Below are positions 52,261 to 64,000 of a stretch of 64,000 nucleotides of DNA, piece by piece. Below the pieces are notes generated by a model. That model did no database searches, was not told where the DNA came from, and worked only from the letters and a program-made list of their open reading frames with translations. This stretch comes from the human T2T-CHM13v2.0 reference genome, Homo sapiens, in NCBI RefSeq assembly GCF_009914755.1, contig NC_060925.1. One strand, 5' to 3'. The position numbers and the translations under genes were made by a program. Each line of letters begins with the position of its first letter. Position 1 is the stretch's first letter.

Positions 52261-54913
52261 CCTGCTGCACCCCTCAGCACAGGGACACCCCATGGATGCT
52301 GCCTCCATCACCCCCTCAGGCCCTGTGCTTGGGGGCTTCCCTGCTCCATTGGGCCCAACGCCCAGAGCAGGGGCTCGGAGACCCCGCTGGCCACCCCACT
52401 TGGCAGGACTTGATGGCTTTGGGACTGAATTGTTCCAGGCGGGAAGGGGAGGGAAGAACAGGAAAGAACCTCAGAGAAAAGAAAAGGACCTGTGGAGGAG
52501 GAGGGAACCTGAAAGCTTAAGCTTTTACCCAAAAGAGCAGCCACCTCCAAGGAGGCTGCTTAACCCCAAGGGAGGGGTGCTCCACCCGCCTGCCGACCAA
52601 AGAGCCCCTCAGCACCCACAAGGCTGCCTGAAGGCAGAGAATTAGCCTTGCTCCCAGTCCCGGCCCCTCTGACATCCCTGCTTAGTTTTAGCCACACGCA
52701 CATCCCGAAGTCTGAGTTCATTTCCATTTTCATCTACTGTTCTGGCATTGGAAGCAACATGATATCTTTTTATACTGTATTTTTCTGGGACAGTCCCTCT
52801 ATATGATGTGATTCCTAGAAAAAGAATTTATAGCACAAACATTCCTTTAAAAATATGGCTCTTTCATGCTACTCTGCCATAATTAACCATAGACAATTAA
52901 TATTTAAAGCTGTTATCACCCCACGAGGCAATGAAATTCCCTGAAATTCTCTGCTGCACATTCAGACACTTTTACGGGCAAGATTGAATTAGTGGCAGAG
53001 GGCAACTTGATTTTTCAAATCATCTTACAATCACGATTGATTCTTCATAGATCCCATCTGATGAATACTCAAAACCATTTGTCCAACACGTGTAAGAGAA
53101 ACCACTCAGATCCGTTGAAAATATTCACTGGGAGGGTTTTGTGCATGAAAAAAAAGAAGAAAAGAAAAGCAACCTGACGTCCTCTCACGGCTGCGGCCTC
53201 TCTACGTTCCCAAATCCAATTCACAGGGGATTGTTTGAGGCGCTGGGGCCCAGCCGGCCTGACAATGTACACCCGCCATGGGCAGCACCTGCACTCCAAC
53301 TCAATGGCCCAAATTATTGGGCCCAGGCAGGCACCCCACTGACAACAAGGGACACAAAAGGGTTCTGCACTGCAAGCTGTGGGTGGGAATTACAAAAGGT
53401 TAAGAGACTAAATATAAAAATGCTTTGAATATAAAATCAATGTGCTTTGTTACTAAAATCTGGGTGCTGTAATTTAACCAAAATAGGGTTTAGAATATCT
53501 GGCAATAGTCCATGTCTTGGAAATCATCTTTTCTTCTCAACGAAATGCAAATCCTTATTTGAAAGTTAAAAACAACTAAACAACTGAAATATTTCATATC
53601 AACAAAATAATAAAATACTGTGATGTGCAATTATGTATCACTGACATTAGGCCTCCAGAAAGAGAAAGGATTTGCCCTCTTTGTCGATTTATTTGTACCA
53701 GTGAAAGGCAGGTTTCTGGAGGGTTTGTTTCTGGCTGCTCTCGGGTCTGGGAGGAAAGATGCCTGGGACCCCAAGTCCACGTCAGTTTGTGGGGGGCGAG
53801 TGTGAGCTCCTGGGAGGCCTGTCCCTGGGGTGGGGATGGCTGGGCTGAATTTCCAGCCTCTTCCATGGACAGTGGAGCGAGCCCTGTGCTCCCCACAATC
53901 TGGGCATGGGGGGCAGGGCTGGAGGTGCTCCTGGGAGACCCCAGTGGCCCTGGCCCAGCAGGAGGTGCCCTCCAGGGCCTTCTGCTTCCTTCAGTCCAGA
54001 GACCTCAGGGGTGGCACGGGGGTGGCACGGGCATGCTGGGCATCTGTGGCAGGTGTTTATCCGCCCCCGGCTGTCGCCCTGAGCTTCAGAACACGCTGAG
54101 ACATTGGCAATTGCTTTAAAACGTGAGGCGGTGTGGCTTTGCTTTATTTCAGGTCTGACTCATGTCCGTGCTCTCTCGAAGCCTCCTTCTCTCCCTCCTT
54201 TCCCCAGGGCAGCCCGACCTCTGTGCCCCAAAGCCCAAAGGGTGTGAAGTCTGGAGGTGGCTGAGAACATTCCAGTTTGTGTTTGTGGCAGGTGGAGCAG
54301 GGTAGGAAGGCAGCATGTCCCACTGCTCGGGCTGGCCCAGTCCCCCATGCACGACCCCCGGGACGGAGGCCACGGTGAGGCCTGTTGGCTGTCCTGCCAG
54401 GTGAAGTCCAGCTGGGAACGGCGGGGGTGCTGCGTGAGCACAGCTGCCCAGGGTGGCCGGGTCAGAGCCCGTCTCCCACACTCCCCACACGCTCACCCCC
54501 AGCACTGGGCTTTTGCTGCAAAAGCGGCAGACTTAAGAGTCTCGTGGAAATGGAGGGTGAGACTACAGGCTGTTTCGGGGTCACAGCAGGGCACCCCACC
54601 TGCTTCCTTATCAGGGATGCGAGGGTCCCTGGGCTCCTCCTGCAGGGGTGGCTGGAGACTCAGGTCCTTGCCCGCCAGCCCTCTCTGGGACTTTCGAGTC
54701 GGTTGGTGCACTTGCGGGGGCCCAGCAGGGGTACGTTCGTGACGGGCTATTTGGCAAAGACAGCCATTCTCCCCTTCTCCTCCGGTAAGAGTCTTTGCCA
54801 GCACATTGCGCTTCTTGTCTCTGTGTGGCCTGGTGTGGCCGGGCCGTGTAACCAAGCTCTGAGCAATGGCAGTGAGTGTGGCGCCCCCAGCAAGCTTCTT
54901 TAGAAGCGGAGGG

Positions 54914-55458
54914 GCCCGAAACCCGCTTTTCTTCACGTGCTGGTTGCTTCGCATTCTTTAGTTTCATCTTTCTGAACTCGTCACAATCACAGGGGATCAT
55001 ATTCATATGCTTGTCAAAAGCCTTGAAGGTGCCAATGAAGACTCGGCCATCTTGTAGGATACGTCTCATTCTGTGGTCCGTGTGCGGCAGCATCTTGCTA
55101 CTCTTGCCCACGGTCACGACTGCCGTTCCCCGAGATCCAATGTCCACAGTTAAACTTGGAGCTTCTGAACCTGGTATGAGGCCACCCACGGGCCCACCAA
55201 TTGGGCTTCCCTCTGCTCGAGGGACACCAGTAGGCATGCCCCCTCCAGGAATGAGACCCCCTCCACCAGGAATTAGAGGTCCACCTCCCCTAGGAATGAG
55301 TCCACCAAGACCCTAGCATACTGTTGATCCATCTCAGTCACTTTTTCCCCTGCAATGTGTCTTGTGAAATTGTGTAGAGTGTTTGTGAGCTTTTTGTCCC
55401 CTGGTTCTGCATTAATAATAGCTAATAATAAATGTATAGAGCAATTAAAAAAAAAAGA
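54914..55458. pseudogene. processed SNRPN (SmN) retrocopy, 5'-inverted and internally deleted (probably the locus annotated LOC100129534)
   Basis: - strand: [66 protein letters not shown]; + strand: [48 protein letters not shown], 3'UTR, AATAAA 55427, A10 at 55447; KNAKQP and PPIGLP/GIRG match SNRPN rather than SNRPB; no introns. Confidence 0.93.
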
Positions 55459-57260
55459 AGAAGGGGAGGGTGCTTCTCCTTGCCACTTATGCTTCCCCCT
55501 TTCTCCTAGCTGGAATAGGGGCATGACGGCTAGAGCCTGTGCAGCCATCCAGGACCATGAGGTGGTGCAGGAAGATGACAGTGGCAGAATAGGCAACAGG
55601 AACTGGGGTCCCCAGTGGCTGGGGAGGGAGATCACCTCTCCCTCTTGAGCTCTTATGGGATCGAGAAGTCACCGTGGCTGGGCTGAAGCCACTCTAGTGT
55701 TGTTTGCTAAAAGTGGCCACATCTCATCCTAAGCACATAGCCTGCTTGGAGGAAGCCAAATGTGGCAGGGCGTTGGGGAAGCCTGTGCCACGCAGCACAG
55801 GGTCAGCGGCGGGGAGCCACCCGAGGGGCTTGGTGAGAGCCGTCCTGCTCTCTGACTGTGGCCAGGCTTTGTCCCAGGTGGGTGTTCCTAGTGGGCATAG
55901 TCTGTGACTGCAGGGAGAGGGCTGCCCAGACCTGGAGCTTCCACCATGGATGTGCATGTCTCAGCCACTGGCTCAGGAGAGTCCTCGGAAGGGACTTCGG
56001 CGGGCAGGTACCCTGGAGATTTTCTGGCCCAAGTTTCTTTCAGGCCTCATGTTGGATTATCTTCTGGCCTGAAGCTCTCTGGCCTGATGTCTGTGCCCTG
56101 TAGGTGAGTGGCTGTCTGGGTAGGAGATCCTGCTTGGTGGCTGGAGGGCGTGTCACGGTCGGTGCCAGGCGGGCAGGTTTCTGCAGGTGCGGTCTCTGCA
56201 GCCACGGGGCAGGAGTCTCAAGAGACACCCTGCGTCCCATGGCCCCCAGCCCTCTCCCAGGTAAGCACAGAGGTGGAAACTTGAGGCTGGGACCAGCACA
56301 GCTGCCTGCGGTCCCAGGACGCACTGCAGGCCAGGCCAGAGGCTTCAACGGGGCCCACCTCTTTGCATGGGTCTGGCCAGAGGGAAGGACGCCTGTCTGG
56401 GAGCCAAGCAGGCAGCGCTGTGACTGGGCCAGGGACAAATGTGAGCAAGGGACTTCGGTTTCGTTTTTTTGAGAATGCGAAGTTCATGCTTACAAGGAAA
56501 TGATTCCTAGTGTATTTTCCCTGGACACGCTGGACAGCCTCAGAACGCCACCCTTTTGTTTTCTTTCAGGATGATGGCTAAAGCCGGCCCCCCTGTCCCT
56601 GCTGGCTGGTTGTGAGGTCTTGCTTGATTCTAGGGCCTCCGTGCAGCTGGGCCTGAGCCTGTCTGGAACTGGCCCACCCTTCCAGGCCTGAGCAGGGGTT
56701 GCTGACTGAGAGAGGGGCTCCGGGAGCTGCCTCCGACCTCGGGGTGATGCTGGTGGGTCCAGGTAGACAGAGCTGTGTTCCTGACAGTGAGGCTGACACC
56801 TCTGGGCCTCCCGGCCAGGAATACTCTTGCTGAAGCCATGATTACTTTAGTTTTCTCCTACTTGGGGATGAATGCTGTCCTGGCTGGAACTGAAACTTAG
56901 AAATGATTCCGTTTCCTCTGCAGGGCTCCTGGCCGGAGTCCCCGATCCCCTAGGGGCCTGAGGGCTGTGGTGGGGGCCTGGCAGGGCTCCAGGTACCGAG
57001 AGAGGCCCTCTGCCCAGCACCCTGCTGTCCCGGGGCAGGGAGGCCACATGTCCCCACCATGTCCCAGGGTGCTGTGAAGGCCACATGTTGGGGGCAGACT
57101 TTCAATGGGAGATGGGAATTGGGAAGAAAAGTTTGTGTCAACTCCTGCATGGAATGAAGGGTAACAATTCATGGATCATGGTTGGGAAGCAGCAAGCCCG
57201 ATAAATCAGTCCTAAATGGGATTACGGATTACATAAAGAAGGGAAGATAAAGACTAAAGA

Positions 57261-57405
57261 GGCCGGGCATGGTGGCTCACGCCTGTGATCCCAGCACTTT
57301 GAGGGGCCAAGGCGAGCAGATCACGTGAGGTCAGGAGTTCGAGACCATCCTGGCCAACACGGCGAAACCCCATCTCTACTAAAAATACAAAAATTAGTCG
57401 GGCGA
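57261..57405 (+). mobile_element. Alu left arm plus A-rich linker, truncated
   Basis: ggccgggcatggtggctcac...ctactaaaaatacaaaaattag, then non-Alu sequence. Confidence 0.88.
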
Positions 57406-57560
57406 GGTGTTAGGGTTAGTCCTGCTGGGTCCTTGGCCCAGTCGCTGAGACAGGAGACAGACAAAGCAAGGACCCTGCCGACCGTGCTCTGGGGAAACCT
57501 GCCCAACCAGCCCCTTCTCGTGAGGGGTTATACAGTTTTAAGAAAAGGGAAGTAAAAGCA

Positions 57561-57823
<263 letters not shown>

Positions 57824-57989
57824 CTACGGGAGTGCCCCTCCCTGACCCTGGCCTCCCCCTCCTCTTCTCAGTGTGGACTTGACTGCACCAGACCCCAGGC
57901 CACGCTCCTCTCCTCCGGGGCGCCCCCTGCACAGGCCTGGGTGGAGGCCAGCATGCGCACTCAGTCATCCGTCCTTGGGGTGGACGCTG

Positions 57990-58060
57990 CTGTTGCCCTC
58001 CCTTTATGGATGAGGAAACTGAGGCACAGAGAGGTTTAGCTTCACATCAGAGTGAAAGCA
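57990..58060 (+). mobile_element. MIR core fragment
   Basis: tttatggatgaggaaactgaggcacagagaggttt is the MIR core motif. Confidence 0.75.
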
Positions 58061-60405
58061 GCAGCCCAGCCTCCCAGGGTTGGTGTCGGATGCACCCGTG
58101 AGGCCCAGGCAGAGCTCGGCACCCAACTCCAAATGTCTGTGGTTCAAGCCCCAGCGGGTCTTACAAAAACAAAAGCACGTTCCTCTAGGTTTCCCAAGGG
58201 AAATATCTTTTGTGCTGGAGAATTTATGGCTGGACACTCACATCATCGTCAAGCCAGAAACAGCCTGAGCCGGGCTGAGAGTCGGGGGAGGCCCCCCAGG
58301 TAGGATCCGCCCCAGACTCAGGCAGTGGGGCCGGCGCGGGGGGCCCGCGCGGGGTAGGGTGCGATGCAGGCACGAGGCTGGTTTCAATCGAGACTTTGGC
58401 TCTGAAAATCTCTCCAAGTAGAAGGCATGGCGCCCAGTAAGTATTTTTATGCAGAAATATGAGAGCTATTCCACCTATGCGGTGTGGAACTGCTTCTATC
58501 AACTGAGGTGAAGGCAGACAAGGGGGCGCGGGCCGGGCCCCCCGTGGGCCTGTTGGCCTGAGGCTTGGCCGCCTTGGCCTCCCGTGGAGTGGCGCCGGGC
58601 CCTGCTGCCCCACCTGGGATGCCTGCATGCTCTTTTATATGATGAATGACGCCTGCGCTTGCTGGTCCTCTCACAGCTGTTGTCTGGAAGGAGACTCGTC
58701 TGATCCTAGAAGAGTGAGCTCCCTGCAAGCACAGACCCCCGAGGCTCTGAGGCTCTGGGGCTTCTGGCCACCAGCTGGGTGAGGTTTCTGGGGGCAGGGG
58801 CACGGGCATGGAGGTGGCCCTGGTGGCGGAGGCTCTTCCCAGGGCGGCCAGGGGCATTCCGCTGCCGCTTTCTCCCACTTCAGCCATGTGAGTCACGGAA
58901 CCTTAGGGAGAACTCGGGGCCGAGTGACTGGCCAGGAGTGCTGGCCGCTGAGAGGGACTGCTGCAGACAGTGACCAGGAGGGTCACAGGCCACACAGTGC
59001 CCGGGAGAAAGGGCCCTGGCACAGCCTGCCAACCACGCCCCTCAGCCCTCAGCCCTGTCTCACTGCAGGAGAGCCCAGAGCTGAGCTGAGCTCACAAGGC
59101 AGTGTGGCTGGCCGGGCTGGGGTCTGCGGCACCCTTGGGACAGGCACACCCTGGGCAGGAAGATGTGAGGGAGGCTTTGGGGCCTGCTAGGCTGGCTTAA
59201 GGGACAGGAAAGGGGGGTCCAGGCCAAGGCTCACCGGACTCCGGCTTGGGAAGGGGCTGGCCCTGCCTGCTTGCCCCAGGGGCCTGGAGGGTTGGAGTTG
59301 GGGGATCACCCCAGTGCGGCAGCCAGGTCGGGGGACTGTGAGGACTCAGGGGCGGCAGGTGGGGCTCAGGTCTAGAGTAGAGAGGCCTTGGCACTTGGGG
59401 AGGCGGCGCGACGGCTGCCTGGTGGTGCCATCTGCGCAAATCCTGGGGAGAGGCCTTCAGGGGACTTGGGGCTGCATGTGGTGGGAAGGGCTGGGCAGGG
59501 ACATGGCAGGGATTGAGCTCGCATCGGCCAAGGCAGGTGACAAGGGCTGGCATATGAGGCGCATTTGGGGATGACCAGGGACGTCTCGTCAAACCTGGGA
59601 CATTTATCTGCATGTGGAAGGTGGTGGCACACAGCCCACCCCTGCTAAGTTGTGGATCTGGGCTCAGCACAGCCTCTCAGATCTGCCCTGTGCTCCTCAA
59701 CCCAGGAACCTGCGGCCTGTGTCCTCCCCAAGCAGCACCTCAGGCTCAGATCCCAGCTTTGGGGACCGGGAACCTCAGCTGTCAGCTGGGCCCTCTTCAA
59801 AGGCCCCCAAACTCAAAGTGCCAGGCATTTGTCCAGTGGGGACCCCCACGCCCGACCCCCGTTTACTGAGCCTTGGGGTGCAGGGCTGTGGCAAGAAGGA
59901 CCCGGTGGCCGGCAGCACCCCAGGGCCTCCCAACGCTGTCAAGACTGTTCCCTCAGTCCGGCACTGAGACGCACACTGTGCTGCGCGGGAGGGTTTGAAT
60001 CGCACACACTGCTCACTGCACAGGAGGGTTTGATGTGCACTGCTCGCTGCACCGGAGGGATTAAGCTTTGATTCAACTCCATGAGTAACTCTGGAATGAT
60101 CCCTGTGAAGTCTAGGCCGCACATTCTATGGAAGTGCAGTTCTCACTGGCCCCAGCCTTGGGGGGCAGAGTTGGGGGCTGGGGGGTTCTGCCGGAGCACC
60201 TGGGCCTCATCTCCACGAAGAAACGTGAGGCAACCCGTGCAGAAGCGGAGCAGCGGGAAACCCTGACCTCGAGAGAGCAGTCGGCGCCGCGGCCCCCAGA
60301 GCCATGGCCGGCGGCTGCTGTGAGGGCTCCCGGGCGGCAGGAGTGGCTGGGGCGGTGTCCAGGCTGGCCACTGGCCTCGAGGCCTGGGTGAGTCTGCTGC
60401 CCTCA

Positions 60406-61104
<699 letters not shown>

Positions 61105-61848
61105 TTATGACAACTCCAGCAGCGTCACCTCTCGGGTGCGTTCTGACTTCACAGTGGGTCCAAGTTTACCCCAAATGTCAGACAGTCCTTAACTCAGGAG
61201 AAGGGCCGGTGGGAAAAGGGAGTGTGAGAGCTGTGGCGTCACACTCAGGTCTGGTCGCCTGGGGCACTGCTAAGTTCTGACTGTGAATGGTAAAATGCGT
61301 GGATTTTCATGTTGCGGGGCTTAGAGTGAGGCCTCTTCCTGGAGTCCTGCAGCTCAGGCCTCTGTTTGCGTGTGGGTTTGTGCACACACTGGCCTGGTCC
61401 AGCGTGTTCCTGGGAGGCCTGGTGATGTGTGCGTGGGGAGTGGCGCCCAACTAGGCCTGGCTGGTAAGGGCCACTCCCCTCCTGGCTGCACCAAGAGAGG
61501 CCTGAGCATCTCTGCAGCCGACCCTCCTCCCAGGAGCACCCGAGGGCCGGAGTCCTGATGTCTCCACTCCAGACACGGACCCAGGCCCAGAGGCTTGGGG
61601 GCCGAGCGCTGGGGGAGACTAGGGGCTCTGACCAGGGGCTCGCGGTCTCAGAAGGCAAGAGGGGCCACAGCAGAGGGTCAGGTACTGAAATTCAAGGGAG
61701 CTGTTTCCTTAGAACAGACATCGAATATTTCATTTGTCATAACCAGGACTTAGCCCAGGTCTCTAGGGAAAAAAGGACAAGGAATTAATGTGACCTAAAT
61801 GAACTCAAAACAAACTCAGAACTAACTCATTGGTGTCACACGTACTCA

Positions 61849-62004
<156 letters not shown>

Positions 62005-62858
62005 TCACAGGCACCCAGAAGCGGGGTGCGCGGGCCCGGGGCAGGCTTCTGGGACGCTGTGTTTATAACTCAGCAGGGCCACATTTGCCAGTGGCTGTGA
62101 CCCTGGCGGGCTGAGGACCCCGGCTTGCCCTCCGTGGGCTCTCTGCTCCTCTCCCATGCCCTGCAGAAGTTTCCCAGCCCTGGGATCTCTGGTGCTGGCC
62201 ACACTCACCCCAATACCCCTGTACCCCTGTACCCCTTGCCTCAGGTCCTGGATCCTGAATCTCCAGCTCTAGGCCTCGGGGACCCCTGGCTCCACCCCTG
62301 CCCTAGCCTGGGGCTGGCACACTATGGGAAGGCATCTCCTTGCTGACCAGCCTCAGGGCTTCACCTCAGGCACACCCAGGCCTTGGGCTGGTCAGGGGCG
62401 TGGGGTGGCACTGGCACTCACAAGCTCCCGGGGCCTCCATGGTGGTCCTCATCACCCTGGCAGATAGCAGGCTCTCCGCGCCCATCTCCCACCTTGACCC
62501 GGGGGGATGGGCTCCCCCCTCCACTAAGGTACCCAGCACAGGGCCTGGCACACAGCTGGTGCCCACCAAGTGTCTGCTGAGTCAGCTGCTCCATCCTGCA
62601 CCCCATTGCTCCTGGGAACCTTAGGCTGCAGGTGGCCCCCAGAGGACTGTGCCCAAGGAGTGGACACCACTGTCCCTCTGAGTTGCTGAGTGCAGATGCT
62701 CTGGGCCCTGCTGGGCAGGTGGAGGTGGCAGAGCTGGGTGTTCAGCCACACCCAGAAGACCCCACGTGGGAGTGCTGGATAGCAGGGAGGAGTGGCTTGG
62801 GCACCGTGGGTGGAGGCAAGATGGCTGTGCCGAGAGGAGCAAAGAGGAAGAGGAAGGA

Positions 62859-63167
62859 GGCCAGATGTGGTGGCTCACCCCTGTCATCCCAGCACTTTGG
62901 GAGGCCGAGGCGGGTGGATCTCCTGAGGTCAGGAGTTTGAGACCAGCCTGGCCAACATGGCGAAACCTGTCTCTACTAAAAATACAAAAAGTAGTCAAGT
63001 GTGGTGGCAGCACCTGCAATCATCCCAGCTCCTTGGAGGTTGAGGCAGGAGAATCGCTTGAACCCAGGAGGCGCAGGCTGCAGTGAGCCAGGATCATGCC
63101 ACTGCACTCCAGCCAGGGCGACAGAGAGAGACTCCGTCTCAAAAAAAAAAAAAGGGAAACAAAAGAA
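62859..63167 (+). mobile_element. full-length AluS with 12-bp TSD
   Basis: ggccagatgtggtggctca...actccgtctc + A13; gaagaggaagga at 62847-62858 and 63168-63179. Confidence 0.93.
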
Positions 63168-63579
63168 GAAGAGGAAGGAGACCAGTCCGGTGCCCCAGAG
63201 TGGATGCCGAGCTTTGGGACGGGCTCTCAAGTGGGAAATGACTGGACTTCAGCAAACATGGGCCATTCGGACAAAGCAGGGCCCAGGCAGGCTCCCACTT
63301 GGGGTGGCCGTGGAGGGGTCGCCTCAGAGCCTGGGGCTACCCCCAATCATCACGGATGATGTATCACGCCCTGCACCCCTGGCACTAGGCACAGGTCCAG
63401 GGCCTGGTCATGCGGACTCTGAGGTCAAGGTCCTATGGAGGACAGGTTAACAGGAACCCAGCCTCTCATCTTACTAAGATCTGGCAAAGGAGACACGACT
63501 GGGAAAGCAAAGATGTCAAATGTAAAAACACTAGCGTAGCCTGCTGGACATCTGTATGGGGATGGAGTAACTGGGATCG

Positions 63580-64000
63580 ATTGACACCCCTGGTTCCAAC
63601 AACCAAGAAAGCCGACAAAGTGCAATGAAATTGATATCAGGATCCCGGACACCAGGCAACTCAGGACAGATCCTTGAAAGAAGGAAACAAACGGCGTGGA
63701 CTCTATAATTGCCCTGGCTGCTGCCTTAAAAGAACGTGCAGGATGAGCTGCAGAGAGGGGAAACTGAGGCAGAGCCCAACAAACCCCTCAGTTGAGGAAA
63801 ATGAGCAGAGAATCTGGGGAACAAGGCACACAGTCAGAGTTTTAAAATTCAAAGGGCAGAGCAGCGAAGAGGAGAGAGAGGACCCTGAGTAGAGGGAGGA
63901 CCCTGAGTAGAGGGAGGACCCTGCAGCCCGCAGGAGGCCCTGGAGTGTTCAGCAGAGCACCATTCAGCACACCCGGGACAAAACTCCACGAGGCTGGGGA
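63580..64000 (+). mobile_element. ancient L1M-like 5' region fragment with a 20-bp tandem repeat (63879-63924)
   Basis: ggacaccaggcaactcaggacagatccttgaaagaaggaaacaaac...gaggcagagcccaac...agttgaggaaa resembles the recalled L1M4/L1MD 5' consensus; gaggaccctgagtagaggga about 2.3 copies. Confidence 0.5.

Noticed and set aside
51462-52520. 352-aa His/Thr/Ala/Arg-rich ORF
   Set aside because: Arises from the CA/CG VNTR inside an L1-like relic.
54914-55458. Functional SNRPN/SNRPB gene
   Set aside because: Intronless, split across strands, start codon lost, Sm2 motif and mid-CDS missing, poly(A) tail and TSD present.
57408-57420. gttagggttag as an interstitial telomeric repeat
   Set aside because: Fewer than two TTAGGG units; within chance.

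Overview
Human (or very closely related great-ape) GC-rich genomic DNA, recognisable as the distal 1p36 SKI-MORN1 locus. The + strand carries SKI coding exons 2-7 (2943-6730) and a ~3.4 kb 3'UTR with AATAAA at 10120. The - strand carries the last six MORN1 exons (61973 down to the stop at 21315, AATAAA at 21202-21207), so the two genes converge across an ~11 kb gap containing a CpG island (~14.2-15.6 kb). All exon boundaries were read from GT-AG junctions and the splice phases are consistent. The MORN1 introns hold the unusual material: a processed SNRPN retrocopy with a 5' inversion, an internal deletion and a 12-bp TSD; a ~3.45 kb purine-free (CCTT/CCCTT/CCCT)n tract at an Alu tail with ~435-bp higher-order duplications; two related L1MC-like relics, one rearranged and carrying an 8-copy 26/27-bp VNTR that is single-copy in its paralogue; several other VNTRs; Alus; and AT-rich, homeobox-site-rich islands that look like enhancers. 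I do not see a convincing new multi-gene system. The long ORFs outside SKI, MORN1 and the retrocopy are compositional artefacts. Gene, exon-number and repeat-family names rest on recalled sequences, not database searches.
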